A DNA stretch of 61,572 nt, filler included, from Candidatus Nezhaarchaeota archaeon WYZ-LMO8 (GTDB taxonomy: Archaea; Thermoproteota; Methanomethylicia; Nezhaarchaeales; WYZ-LMO8), in the NCBI GenBank assembly GCA_004347965.1. It is 16 parts of 16 records of this genome, joined end to end, with 100 filler letters (N's around TTAATTAATTAA, not from the genome) between each part and the next. Parts side by side here need not be neighbours in the genome. Positions count along the whole stretch, not along the records: positions 29,391 to 33,104 come from QNVF01000068.1; positions 33,205 to 36,904 come from QNVF01000069.1; positions 37,005 to 40,607 come from QNVF01000070.1; 13 more parts are not named here. One strand, given 5' to 3'. The notes under the pieces are model-generated. The model searched no databases and was not told the DNA's origin. It saw nothing but the letters and a program-made list of their open reading frames with translations. Below, one piece after another: positions 31,028 to 40,707 of this stretch. The number at the start of each line of letters is the position of its first letter. The stretch's first letter is position 1. The position numbers and the translations under genes were made by a program.

Positions 31028-31437
31028 AAATGCTCCTCCAGGAAGTCATAGAAGGTTAGCGTAAAGTTATCTAAAGAACTTTATTTCGCACCGACCTCAT
31101 AGCCTAGTAAAGACTACGTTATTGCGATAAAGCATCATGACGTGTATGACTCAATTTCACTTGCACGAGCATTACAATGAAAAATGCATTAGCTAAAGCG
31201 TTCACCTATTAAATAAATTAAAACAAGGCAGCTATTAATGCTAACTAGGAAGTAAATAAAGAAAGATGGCTTGCTATGATAAAACAAAGAGGAGGTTAAG
31301 ATGGCTTAATTCATGTCAAATAGACAGAGTAACTTGAAATGAGAGGCTAAGAGGGTTGCAGTAAGATAAAGGATTGAAAAGGATTTGGTGAAGAATCATA
31401 AAAAGGTCTTTTATTTTGCATTCTTCCTCCTTTTTCG

Positions 31438-32685
31438 CTAATACTTGTAGAAGCCTTCACCGCTCTTTTTACCTAGTTTGCCCTCTTTTACAAGCGTTAA
31501 GAGGAACTCGTCTGGATTATAGATGGCAGAGTAGGGCTCTTTTACCTTCTCAGCTTTAGCTTCAAGTACCTTAACGACGTTGTCCAAACCTATTAAATCG
31601 GCGTATTCTAGTAGCCCCATCGGGAAGTTGTAGCCTAACTTGAGCGCGGTATCGATGTCTTGTGCTGTTACTATGCGGTTCTTAATGAGCCATGCCGAGA
31701 CGTTTATTGCTGGAGCCACTACCTCAAGTGGATCTGTCTTCTCCGCGTATTTTTCTGGTATATCTGGTCTAACCCACTTTCCTGGCTCAGGATACTTGTA
31801 AAAGCCTTGCCCAGTTTTAACACCAAGCAAGCCCTTATCATAACGTTCTTTAATTAACTTGAAGGTTGCATTCTCAAATTCAAGGAGCTCTTTGTGTGGC
31901 TCCCATTCAGGATATCTCTTGAGTATCTCCTCCATTAACGTGCGAGCAGACACTCGTATATCAACGCTCCCGGTGAAATCCGATAACTCGAAGGGACCTA
32001 ATGGTAGCTTGAGCTTATATCGACATGCAGCATCTATCTCTATTGGTTCAGCCTCACCTCTCAGATACATCAATAGAGCCTCGTTCCCTATCACGCCATA
32101 AACTCGATTAGCTATGAAGCCTCTAATGTCCCTGTTCACTAGTATAGGTGTCTTGCCCAGTTTCTTCGATAACTCGAAGACCGTTCGCAAAGCATCATCA
32201 GATGAGTACTTAGTCTTTATGACCTCGACGAGCCTCATTAGTTGAGGAGGATTAAACCAGTGCATTCCAATAACTTTATCGGGCCTCTTGGTCGCTTCAG
32301 CCATGAGCGTGATAGGTAAACCGCTAGTGTTCGAGCAGAATATGCAGTGCCTTGGTGCTACAGAATCTATCTCTGCAAATATCTTGTTCTTCAAGTCTAA
32401 CTTCTCAGGAACTGCTTCGATGACAAAGTCAACATCTCTTACCGCATCAAGAAGGTTGACTGTCGTTCTTATCCTCTTCATTACTGACTCTACGTCCTCT
32501 TTAAGGACTCCCTTCTCAGCTAGCTTGCCTAAGCTCCACTTTATCTTCTCGAGAGCTTTACTTAGTATGTCATCGGATATGTCTACCAGGCTTACTTGGT
32601 ATCCATTCATAGCGAACACTTGAGCTATACCATGCCCCATAAGGCCAGCTCCTATGACGCAAACATTCCTTATTTCGAAGCCCAA
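31438..32685 (-). CDS. 3-hydroxyacyl-CoA dehydrogenase
   Basis: GAGLMGHGIA, IEAVPE, SNTS, GMHWFNPP and GFIANR motifs; duplicated C-terminal domain. Confidence 0.92.
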   Translation of the reverse strand: MGFEIRNVCVIGAGLMGHGIAQVFAMNGYQVSLVDISDDILSKALEKIKWSLGKLAEKGVLKEDVESVMKRIRTTVNLLDAVRDVDFVIEAVPEKLDLKNKIFAEIDSVAPRHCIFCSNTSGLPITLMAEATKRPDKVIGMHWFNPPQLMRLVEVIKTKYSSDDALRTVFELSKKLGKTPILVNRDIRGFIANRVYGVIGNEALLMYLRGEAEPIEIDAACRYKLKLPLGPFELSDFTGSVDIRVSARTLMEEILKRYPEWEPHKELLEFENATFKLIKERYDKGLLGVKTGQGFYKYPEPGKWVRPDIPEKYAEKTDPLEVVAPAINVSAWLIKNRIVTAQDIDTALKLGYNFPMGLLEYADLIGLDNVVKVLEAKAEKVKEPYSAIYNPDEFLLTLVKEGKLGKKSGEGFYKY

Positions 32686-33375
32686 ATTACTACCCCTCGT
32701 TAATTTGGAGTTTGATATCTTTTAAAGCTTCTTTGAGCTTGGCTTAAATGCTGAAGAGATAGAATTTTGACTCTACATGCCGTTATTGATAAAGTATCGT
32801 TGATAGCATGGAGGCGCATTCTCCTGCCCCTTACCTAGTTGCTCCTAGTTCTATCTTATTCAGGCACTTCTCTCCAGTTTAAGGCTGAGAAGGTAGAATC
32901 CTGTCAACGAGGAAAGAGGAGTTTTTCCTCGATTAGCTATATTACGTTTGCCTATTAAGTTAAGTGATACTTCATGTATAAGTGCTTTGACAATTAAAAC
33001 TTTGATATTTTGTAATGGCATAAAAAGCTTCACTACATAGTAAAGTTTTTCTACGTAAAGATTAAGAAAAGAGTGCAAGGAGGAAGACTTTTTAATGGAA
33101 AAAANNNNNNNNNNNNNNNNNNNNNNNNNNNNNNNNNNNNNNNNNNNNTTAATTAATTAANNNNNNNNNNNNNNNNNNNNNNNNNNNNNNNNNNNNNNNN
33201 NNNNCTGAGCTACGGGCCCTATCCATGCTTGACACGATCTTATATTGGTTTACACGTTTATTACTTTGGCGTCTTCAACTTGCTTATCCATAGTCGCCAT
33301 TCTCTGTGCACTAGGCTTAAGTGATTAGTAGGAACTTTAAGGGTAATAGCGAGCCTCGGCGTGGTCGAGTTTTTT

Positions 33376-34125
33376 ATGATTAAGCTAACGGAGCTTGGTG
33401 GTGTTCGTCGAGCAGTTATAGTCGAGAGACTAAATAGGTTTGTGGTTCTAGTTGAGCTTGATGGCGAGTTTGTTAAGGTTCACAACACTAATACTGGTAG
33501 GCTTCACGACGTCCTTGTTAAGGGCTTTAGGGCGATAGTTACTTCGATAAGTGGTAGGAAGCTTAAGTATAGACTTGTTGGTGTTGAGCATAGGGATGGA
33601 CTCTACGGTATAGTTGACACCATCACTCAAGAGGAGGCCTTCAGAAAGGCTTTGGAGCTAAGCTTAATCCCATATCTTAGAGGTTACGTGTTAGCCAAGA
33701 GGAATCCTAGGGTTAATGGTGTTGTCCACGACTACTTGTTAAAGCGTGGTGACGAGTATGCAGTGATTGAGATCAAGAGTGCTGAGTTTAGGGGTAAACG
33801 TGATGAAGCTATGTACCCTGACTGCCCCACGATTAGAGGAAGAAGGCACATAATGAACCTGATAAGGCTCTCTAAGGAGCTGAACGTTAAGACCTACCTC
33901 ATATTCTTGGCAGCAATGCCAAGACCGAGGTGCTTCATGCCCTTTAGAGAGGCTGACCCGGTAGTGGACGAGCTAGTTAGGGAGGCTTTGAGGAGTGGAG
34001 TTGAAGTGAGGTCGGTAGCCATGTTCATGGATCAGCAAGGTCGTATATACCTCGAGGACCCGGATCTACCAATATGTAGTGAGTGGTTAAAAGCTAGTAA
34101 CGTGCAAGCTGCTTCGAGCTCATAA
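33376..34125 (+). CDS. sfsA: SfsA-family nuclease / sugar fermentation stimulation protein
   Basis: RLNRF, HNTNTGRL, EIKS, YPDCPTIRGRRH and GVEV motifs. Confidence 0.9.
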   Translation: MIKLTELGGVRRAVIVERLNRFVVLVELDGEFVKVHNTNTGRLHDVLVKGFRAIVTSISGRKLKYRLVGVEHRDGLYGIVDTITQEEAFRKALELSLIPYLRGYVLAKRNPRVNGVVHDYLLKRGDEYAVIEIKSAEFRGKRDEAMYPDCPTIRGRRHIMNLIRLSKELNVKTYLIFLAAMPRPRCFMPFREADPVVDELVREALRSGVEVRSVAMFMDQQGRIYLEDPDLPICSEWLKASNVQAASSS

Positions 34126-34228
34126 TGTTCATTAAGCTCTTAGCGTATAGAAAGTTCTTGAGTTTGTCATTGAGTCTCCAGATTAAAGATGAAGAAGTAA
34201 AGAGGGGCTGGTGAGATGGCTATGGTTC

Positions 34229-35386
34229 TTAGGTATTGACTTGAGGAAGCTTCATTTTATGGTCTCTAGGGAGTAGTAGCGTTGATATGAACGCTATTGA
34301 TACAGGCAGGGTTATGTACGTGAAGTAGAGACTTGCATGACTTATGAAGTACATTGCCCCTAAAGTCAATGCAACAGAGATGACTCTACTAGTTAGACCA
34401 ACAAAGCCTGTAGCACTCCCTTGAACCTCTCTTGCACAGAATTTCCCGATCCAATCCATTATTATGGGGTATGCTGGTAGCATGAGAAGGCCGCTTGTGC
34501 CTATGAAGGCGAATATCATTAGGTCGTTTATCGTGAATATCATGGTTGCAAAGAGCACTGCAATTATTGGAGTTATGAGTCTCAAGTAAATGGTCCTGGT
34601 GTTTTTCTTTGCTATTCTATCTGGGATTAAGGCTACACCTATTAGACCAAGTATTATTGCAAGAGCAACTGCATCTCCAGCAATTCCTCCTAATCCAACG
34701 CTTTCCAGTGCAGGCTCAAGCCATGTTGCAAGGTTGTCAAACGTTGCTATCCCGAATCCTAGTATTGCACCGATCACCCAGAGGTCTCTCCTCTTCACTA
34801 CCGCTCTAAACTCCTTTATAACGAACTTCTCAGTTACGTGAAACCTTACTCTGCCAATCGATGTTAAGATGCATAGTATACCTATTGTGGCGATGGCTGC
34901 TGTCGGTAGGAAGAGTGTCTGTAGCTTACCTATGCCGTAAAGCTCGAGCCCCACGGCTAGCGCGAAGACCGTTCCAAGGTACATTGAGAGACTAAGTATT
35001 GAAATGATCATTGTCCTCCTCTCTTCGTAGAGCTGTGAGGCGTAAGGAACAAAAGCGTTTAACAGGAATGGCTGCCCAATAGCTCCAGATAGCTGACATA
35101 CAAGGAGCCAGTAGTAATTGAAGCTTAGGAACCTACCAACTGCTGCAAAGAATGTAGTCGTTGCACCGAAGAGAAACCATAACCTGAAGTTCTTGTCTAA
35201 GAGCATTCCACTAGGAATAGTCAAGATTAAGAAGAAGATGGGGTACGTTATTGCGAGGAAGCCGAGCATCTCAACTGGGACACCTATCTCCTGAGAAACT
35301 TGGGTTAGTACTGGTGAGAAGGTTACCCAAACTGCTTGAGATGCGAAGACTATTAGGATGAAGCCTAATGTGAGTAGCCACTTCAT
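34229..35386 (-). CDS. MFS transporter
   Basis: About 12 TM segments; 4-nt overlap with the upstream decarboxylase. Confidence 0.85.
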   Translation of the reverse strand: MKWLLTLGFILIVFASQAVWVTFSPVLTQVSQEIGVPVEMLGFLAITYPIFFLILTIPSGMLLDKNFRLWFLFGATTTFFAAVGRFLSFNYYWLLVCQLSGAIGQPFLLNAFVPYASQLYEERRTMIISILSLSMYLGTVFALAVGLELYGIGKLQTLFLPTAAIATIGILCILTSIGRVRFHVTEKFVIKEFRAVVKRRDLWVIGAILGFGIATFDNLATWLEPALESVGLGGIAGDAVALAIILGLIGVALIPDRIAKKNTRTIYLRLITPIIAVLFATMIFTINDLMIFAFIGTSGLLMLPAYPIIMDWIGKFCAREVQGSATGFVGLTSRVISVALTLGAMYFISHASLYFTYITLPVSIAFISTLLLPRDHKMKLPQVNT

Positions 35387-36789
35387 TGCTTAAACCACTC
35401 CACGACTATGCTCTTAATAAGTTCCACAGCCACTTCTTCTGGAATAGTCTCGAGAATCTTGGGGATTATGCTTGAATCGATAACTCCCTCCTGCAGCCAC
35501 TTCACTAATTGATCGAACTCGCCTCTCTCAACCATTGCATAGACTCGTGCTGCGTCTATCTCCGGCTTCATCTCAAGAGCTTTGACTACATCGTTAAGGA
35601 AGTCATTTACTACGTTAGCATGTATTGGGCTTATGACTAAGTGAATGTTGTCAGGTATTGCGTACTCCCTCAAGCCCCTTTGCAAGCTGAGGTGCCAGCC
35701 AAGCTTCCTCATATTGCTAACAAAGCTTATCAAGTCGATGTTGGCGTTGTAAAGGGCCATAACGCTGCTCTCTACCCTTCCTATGCTCTCGAAGCCCAGC
35801 TTCTTCATGCCTTGGTAAATAGAGTTCCTAGCGTAGAGGACCTTCTTCGCCAACTTCTTGTAGCCTTCAACTCCAAGGTACTTTATTACGGCAAATGCTG
35901 CAGCCAGCGGTCCTTCAGGTCTCGATGATAGAACTGCTTGATTAACGAAGACGTAGCCTGGAGAAGATACGTCTACGAACATTGAGTACTTCTTAAGCTC
36001 AGGGTTCCTAAAGAGTACGATAGAAGCTCCTTTAGGAGCATAACCGTACTTGTGAACGTCTAGAGAGATGGAGGTTACTCCTTCAATCCTAAAGTCAAAT
36101 TTGGGAACAGTTTCTCCAAGCATCTCGAAGAATGGCAGTATGAAGCCTCCTAGACACGCATCAACGTGTAAGGGGATGTTCATGTCTAAAGCTATCTCAG
36201 CTATTTCTTCTACTGGATCAATGGTTCCGAAGGGCCAGTTTGGGGCTGAAAGAGCAATCAGTGCGGTTTCTTTGTCAATTGCTTCCGCGAAGGCATTGAC
36301 GTCAGCTTTGGCATCTTTTATCGGGAGCCTTACGACCTTTAAGCCTAGGTAATCAGCTGCTTTTAAGAAGGCAGGGTGAATTGTCAATGGAGCTAAGATT
36401 TTAGGTACGGTTGCTGCTCCCTCCCTCTTCTTGTAGTGGTCTCTAGCAGCCTTCACTGCCAACATTATGCTCTCAGTACCTCCAAAGGTGAAGGAGCCCA
36501 CAACGTCAGTATCACCATGCATTAACCTTTTAGCGAAGCCGATAACTTCTCTTTCAAAGAAGATTGCACTTTTGAAGACTGTGAAATCCAGTAGGTTCTT
36601 CTCAGCGAACTGTGTGAGAGCTTTCAATGCAATTCTCCTTAAGTTCTCATCACCAGCTTCATAGACGTAAGCGAATAATCTTCCTGTCCGAGGGTCAGGA
36701 TCTTCAGATCCCACTTTCTCTAGCAGCGAGAGAAGTTCGTCAATGGGCGAATTGGTACAGTCACTATGTAAAGTATTTGATGGTTTCAT
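35383..36789 (-). CDS. PLP-dependent group II decarboxylase / sphingosine-1-phosphate-lyase-like protein
   Basis: GGTESI, HVDACLGGF and SLDVHKYGYAPKG motifs. Confidence 0.88.
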   Translation of the reverse strand: MKPSNTLHSDCTNSPIDELLSLLEKVGSEDPDPRTGRLFAYVYEAGDENLRRIALKALTQFAEKNLLDFTVFKSAIFFEREVIGFAKRLMHGDTDVVGSFTFGGTESIMLAVKAARDHYKKREGAATVPKILAPLTIHPAFLKAADYLGLKVVRLPIKDAKADVNAFAEAIDKETALIALSAPNWPFGTIDPVEEIAEIALDMNIPLHVDACLGGFILPFFEMLGETVPKFDFRIEGVTSISLDVHKYGYAPKGASIVLFRNPELKKYSMFVDVSSPGYVFVNQAVLSSRPEGPLAAAFAVIKYLGVEGYKKLAKKVLYARNSIYQGMKKLGFESIGRVESSVMALYNANIDLISFVSNMRKLGWHLSLQRGLREYAIPDNIHLVISPIHANVVNDFLNDVVKALEMKPEIDAARVYAMVERGEFDQLVKWLQEGVIDSSIIPKILETIPEEVAVELIKSIVVEWFKQ

Positions 36790-37186
36790 CTACATCACCA
36801 TAAATTCATTGCTGCTTAGAAGAGCTACGTATAATTGATTATTGGTCATTACTATTTAAGAGTTTGTTTAAGAATTACATTGCACAATGCACAAATCTCA
36901 GCAGNNNNNNNNNNNNNNNNNNNNNNNNNNNNNNNNNNNNNNNNNNNNTTAATTAATTAANNNNNNNNNNNNNNNNNNNNNNNNNNNNNNNNNNNNNNNN
37001 NNNNATGCATCTTTAAGGTTAAGGTCTAAGCTTCTTGTACCACCTCTCATGACCTTGCTCAGACTCTAAGAGAGCATAGCTGACGCTGAAGATATTTTTT
37101 CCATGAAAGAGCGGAATAGACGCGCAAAGATGCTCTCTTAAGCACCTTCTAAGAAAAAGTAAAGAAGGCAATTAACCTATTTTAAG

Positions 37187-37909
37187 GTGGGAGAGCTAAT
37201 CTTGAAGATTCGAGTAATATTACCAGTCTTAAAGAACGAGATTTTCGAGGAGATCACGTATAGAGAGTTTAAAGCAGCCAAGAGAGGAGATGTGGAGATA
37301 AGCGTTGTAAGTCTTGAGAGGGGACCGGCAACAATAGAATCGGTTTACGATGAAGAGGTAGCAGCTCCATGGATACTAGAGAAGGTGAAAGAAGCTGAGG
37401 AAAAAGGGTTCGATGCCGCCATAATCAACTGCATGGGAGATCCAGCCTTAAAGGCTGCTAGAGAGATAGTCAGGATACCGGTTATTGGACCATGTCAAGC
37501 CTCGATGGCCATAGCATCAACGATTTGCGATAAGTTCTCAGTAATAGCCGTATTAAAGAACATTGTTCCAGCATTTTGGAGGAAAGCGAGAGAGTACGGC
37601 TTTGAAGCTAGGGTTGCATCCATAAGGTCCATAGAGATTCCAGTACTAGAGCTTGAAGAGAGGAGAAGCGAGGTTAAAGCTAAGCTGCTAGCTGAAGCGA
37701 AGAAGTGCCTAGAGGATGGAGCTGACACCATAATACTAGGTTGTACTGGAATGGTTGGGATGGCTGCTGAGATACAAAATGCCTTAAACGTCCCAGTAAT
37801 AGACCCAGCAATAGCCTCGTTGAAGCTCGCTGAGTGCCTAGTAGACATGAAGCTTTCTCACAGCAAACTAGCGTATCCAGAGCCTCCAACCAAGAAGAGA
37901 ATACTATAG
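37187..37909 (+). CDS. Hydantoin/Asp/Glu racemase family protein
   Basis: INCMGDP, ILGCTGM and VPVIDP motifs. Confidence 0.9.
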   Translation: MGELILKIRVILPVLKNEIFEEITYREFKAAKRGDVEISVVSLERGPATIESVYDEEVAAPWILEKVKEAEEKGFDAAIINCMGDPALKAAREIVRIPVIGPCQASMAIASTICDKFSVIAVLKNIVPAFWRKAREYGFEARVASIRSIEIPVLELEERRSEVKAKLLAEAKKCLEDGADTIILGCTGMVGMAAEIQNALNVPVIDPAIASLKLAECLVDMKLSHSKLAYPEPPTKKRIL

Positions 37910-38089
37910 CACCCCTAAACCCCTCGTAACAATGCATGAGTTGAGACAACATCTAATCATATCCACTACCCTCAAACACTTGCAGGTGTAGACGACCTTG
38001 TAAAGGGCTTAGTGTAGCGCTAGAGATATTACGAGAAGCGGTATACACATAGCTAATGGTCTTAGCTTATAGCAAGTAGGTGCTCAACC

Positions 38090-38491
38090 ATGTCGATGCA
38101 TAAGCTAGAGGTAGAGGTTTTAAAGAAGAGATCTTCGATGTTTCTGGAGCTGTCAAAGCATGCTCTAAGTCGAGACTTCTACGACCTAGCATGCTTCCTT
38201 GCCGAACAATCTTTACAACTCTTCTTAAAGTCGCTATTACTGGAGCTGATTGGCGATTACCCTAGAACCCATAGCGTAAGGCAATTAATGAGTGAGCTAA
38301 GCAGAGTCCTTAAGTCGTGTGAGCTAGATGAGCTTGTGGCTGCGAGCAGAGTCAGGCTACTAGCTCTCGAAGATGCTTACTTGATGTCAAGGTACTACGT
38401 GAGAGAATACGAGAAGGAGGATGCTGAGGACATGATTAAGCTCGTAGAGGAGCTGCTATCCAAGATCAAGAAGATCCTGGGTGCTGACTAA
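38090..38491 (+). CDS. HEPN domain protein
   Basis: ACFLAEQSLQL, YPRTHS and AYLMSRY motifs. Confidence 0.88.
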   Translation: MSMHKLEVEVLKKRSSMFLELSKHALSRDFYDLACFLAEQSLQLFLKSLLLELIGDYPRTHSVRQLMSELSRVLKSCELDELVAASRVRLLALEDAYLMSRYYVREYEKEDAEDMIKLVEELLSKIKKILGAD

Positions 38492-38838
38492 TGAGCTCAC
38501 TCATGGATTCAGCAATTAAGCGCAGCCAGATGCTTAAAGAATGGAGAGAGTGGACTCGTAGAATAGCTTATGTAGCAAAGAAGATTATCCCAGATGTAGA
38601 GACCTATGTCATTGGTAGTGTAATTAGAGGAGATAGCGTCAGTGGAAGCGACGTGGATGTATTATTAGTTTCTAAACACGTACCAGAGAAGCTTGTTGAT
38701 AGAGCAAAGCTTAAGGCAATCATCGAGGAGGAGCTAAACCTACCATTCTACCACCCATTCGAAATACACATGCTAAAGCCCGAAGAAGCTGGATACTACA
38801 TAGAAAGATCGAGAAGCTCCATCCTTAGAATAGCTTAA
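38491..38838 (+). CDS. Minimal nucleotidyltransferase (MNT)
   Basis: YVIGSVIRG..SDVDVLL and PFEIH; TAATG overlap with the HEPN gene. Confidence 0.88.
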   Translation: MSSLMDSAIKRSQMLKEWREWTRRIAYVAKKIIPDVETYVIGSVIRGDSVSGSDVDVLLVSKHVPEKLVDRAKLKAIIEEELNLPFYHPFEIHMLKPEEAGYYIERSRSSILRIA

Positions 38839-39088
38839 TCACAACGCACTGTTTTGTTTTTAGATATTCACCACTCGTTTGTCATTCCTTCACGTCTATG
38901 TCCTCTGAGTTCATTTATTGAGCGTTTGATCGAATATCTCGCTCTTCTAAGGCTTGGAATAATGCTCCTTCAAGGCATCGGGGGCAGCTATATATCTGAC
39001 TTACACCATGATTCAACTTGTTCGAAGAGACTGAGTATCGTCAGCATGGTCGTCTAACCTACCTATATCTCTAGGAGGGGCTGAGTGA

Positions 39089-39409
39089 TTGGGGGACATG
39101 ATTAGGTTATGCAGCATTGATGAGGTTAAGGTTGGGGAGAAGAGGAGGTTTAAGCTCAAGGATTTAGGTGTAGAAGTGCTTCTAGTAAGGCTTGAAGACG
39201 GCTTTTACGCTATGGAGAATAGGTGCCCTCACGCTGGCTGCCCCCTCTCGTTCTACGGAGAGGTAAGGGAGGGGAACAAGTTGCAGTGCAATTGTCATGG
39301 AGCAGTATTCGATTTAAGGGATGGGAGGGTTATTGAGGGGCCAGCTCAAAGCCCTTTGAGGACCTATAAGGTCACGATATTCAACAACGAAGTATTCGTA
39401 GAGATCTAG
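39089..39409 (+). CDS. Rieske-type [2Fe-2S] ferredoxin
   Basis: CPH...CNCHGAVFD...GPA motifs. Confidence 0.9.
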   Translation: MGDMIRLCSIDEVKVGEKRRFKLKDLGVEVLLVRLEDGFYAMENRCPHAGCPLSFYGEVREGNKLQCNCHGAVFDLRDGRVIEGPAQSPLRTYKVTIFNNEVFVEI

Positions 39410-39608
39410 TGTTGCTTTAAACAATCAAACAAAATAGCATGAAGAAGAGCCGCAAGAGAACTAGATCAAAGGCTTGTAGTTGAAGGGCTGAATCGTGAGA
39501 TGGGATCGATAATAACGCCGTAGGCAAAGAGTTTCTTCAATTCCAAACTACTTACGTCGAGGAATATGGAGGTTAACTAGAGAGCAGACTTTGGCGAGAC
39601 CACATAAG

Positions 39609-40064
39609 TTATAGCTGAGGTGGGTGCACGATCGTGTTCTTAAGATTGTTCTTCTCCACATACTCTCTTAGTTTAGCATCTAGGGTTAGGAAATGCATGT
39701 CGTTTGCAGCGGACAATCCATATAGGAGGTTGTCGACCAAGTCTTTATGTCCCATTCGATACAGCTTTAACGCTACTTTAACAGCCTCGCCATTCAAGTC
39801 CACTTTACTAAAGGTCCCTTTGATCAAGTCGATTCCATAGGCAACTACGCTCATCTCCTCCTCGGTCTTGATGATCTTAGATATCTTCCATAAAGCTTCG
39901 ATTATACTTACATCGCTGTAATGCACTTCGTAATGACGTAGCTTAGATATTACCTCTCTTACCTCCATGTCAGTCTCAAATCCAAGCATTGGTAGAATAA
40001 ATGAAGTGTCAAGGAGAACCCTGAAGCGCCTCTTGCTCACGCTCACTCTCCTCTTCAAGCTCAT
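39609..40064 (-). CDS. vapC: PIN domain toxin (true start probably a few codons downstream)
   Basis: LLDTSF, SIIE, HKDLVDNLL and FLTLD motifs. Confidence 0.85.
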   Translation of the reverse strand: MSLKRRVSVSKRRFRVLLDTSFILPMLGFETDMEVREVISKLRHYEVHYSDVSIIEALWKISKIIKTEEEMSVVAYGIDLIKGTFSKVDLNGEAVKVALKLYRMGHKDLVDNLLYGLSAANDMHFLTLDAKLREYVEKNNLKNTIVHPPQL

Positions 40065-40275
40065 TAAAGCTTATACGTCCTATCTTAGGTCCATGAAGCG
40101 CATACCAAAAAGCATCCTTCTCAGGCTCTAAGATAACCTCATCCCCTCTAATCACGAATCTAACCCTCATACCCTCACAAATATTCAATTTATCAGTTAC
40201 AGGCTTCGGTATGGCAACCAAGTTCTTCCTACTCACCTTAGCCACAAACACTCTTTGCTCCACACTCTCACCCAC
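40009..40275 (-). CDS. AbrB/MazE-family antitoxin
   Basis: KVSRKNLVAIPK...LNICEG..V.F pattern; overlaps the PIN gene. Confidence 0.85.
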   Translation of the reverse strand: MGESVEQRVFVAKVSRKNLVAIPKPVTDKLNICEGMRVRFVIRGDEVILEPEKDAFWYALHGPKIGRISFNELEEESEREQEALQGSP

Positions 40276-40349
40276 AATAACTCCCCAAACTATTTAATAA
40301 GGTTTAACTAACTTAAAAGTTAAACATACAATTAAGTATAACTCACCTA

Positions 40350-40540
40350 GAGACTAGGTTCTCTAGGGGTTTGGGTTTCATGTTGGTTGATGTTGTTTGA
40401 TATCGACCCTTGGCTTCACGGACCTCGGGGCGCCTTTCATCGGTGCCCACGTCATCGATCTCCACCCGTTCAGGGTAACCCCGACCCACAGCTACCCTCC
40501 ATCTTGTTCGGGTTCACAGCCGTGGGGAAACCCCACATCC
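40350..40540 (-). ncRNA. Putative TnpB omega/reRNA scaffold and element right end
   Basis: GC-rich structured segment overlapping and following the tnpB 3' end (e.g. GGGCACC-GATGAAA-GGCGCCC); boundaries are approximate. Confidence 0.45.
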
Positions 40541-40607
40541 TGGAGTACTTGAGGTAGATGTTGAGAGATGCCAGCTTCTGCCTATCCAGCTTGAACCCAC
40601 ATCTTGA
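40470..40607 (-). mobile_element. tnpB: IS200/IS605-family TnpB C-terminal fragment
   Basis: Translates SRCGFKLDRQKLASLNIYLKY...: end of the zinc finger plus a RuvC-III-like motif; at a contig end, as expected for a repeated element. Confidence 0.75.
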
Positions 40608-40707
40608 NNNNNNNNNNNNNNNNNNNNNNNNNNNNNNNNNNNNNNNNNNNNTTAATTAATTAANNNNNNNNNNNNNNNNNNNNNNNNNNNNNNNNNNNNN
40701 NNNNNNN

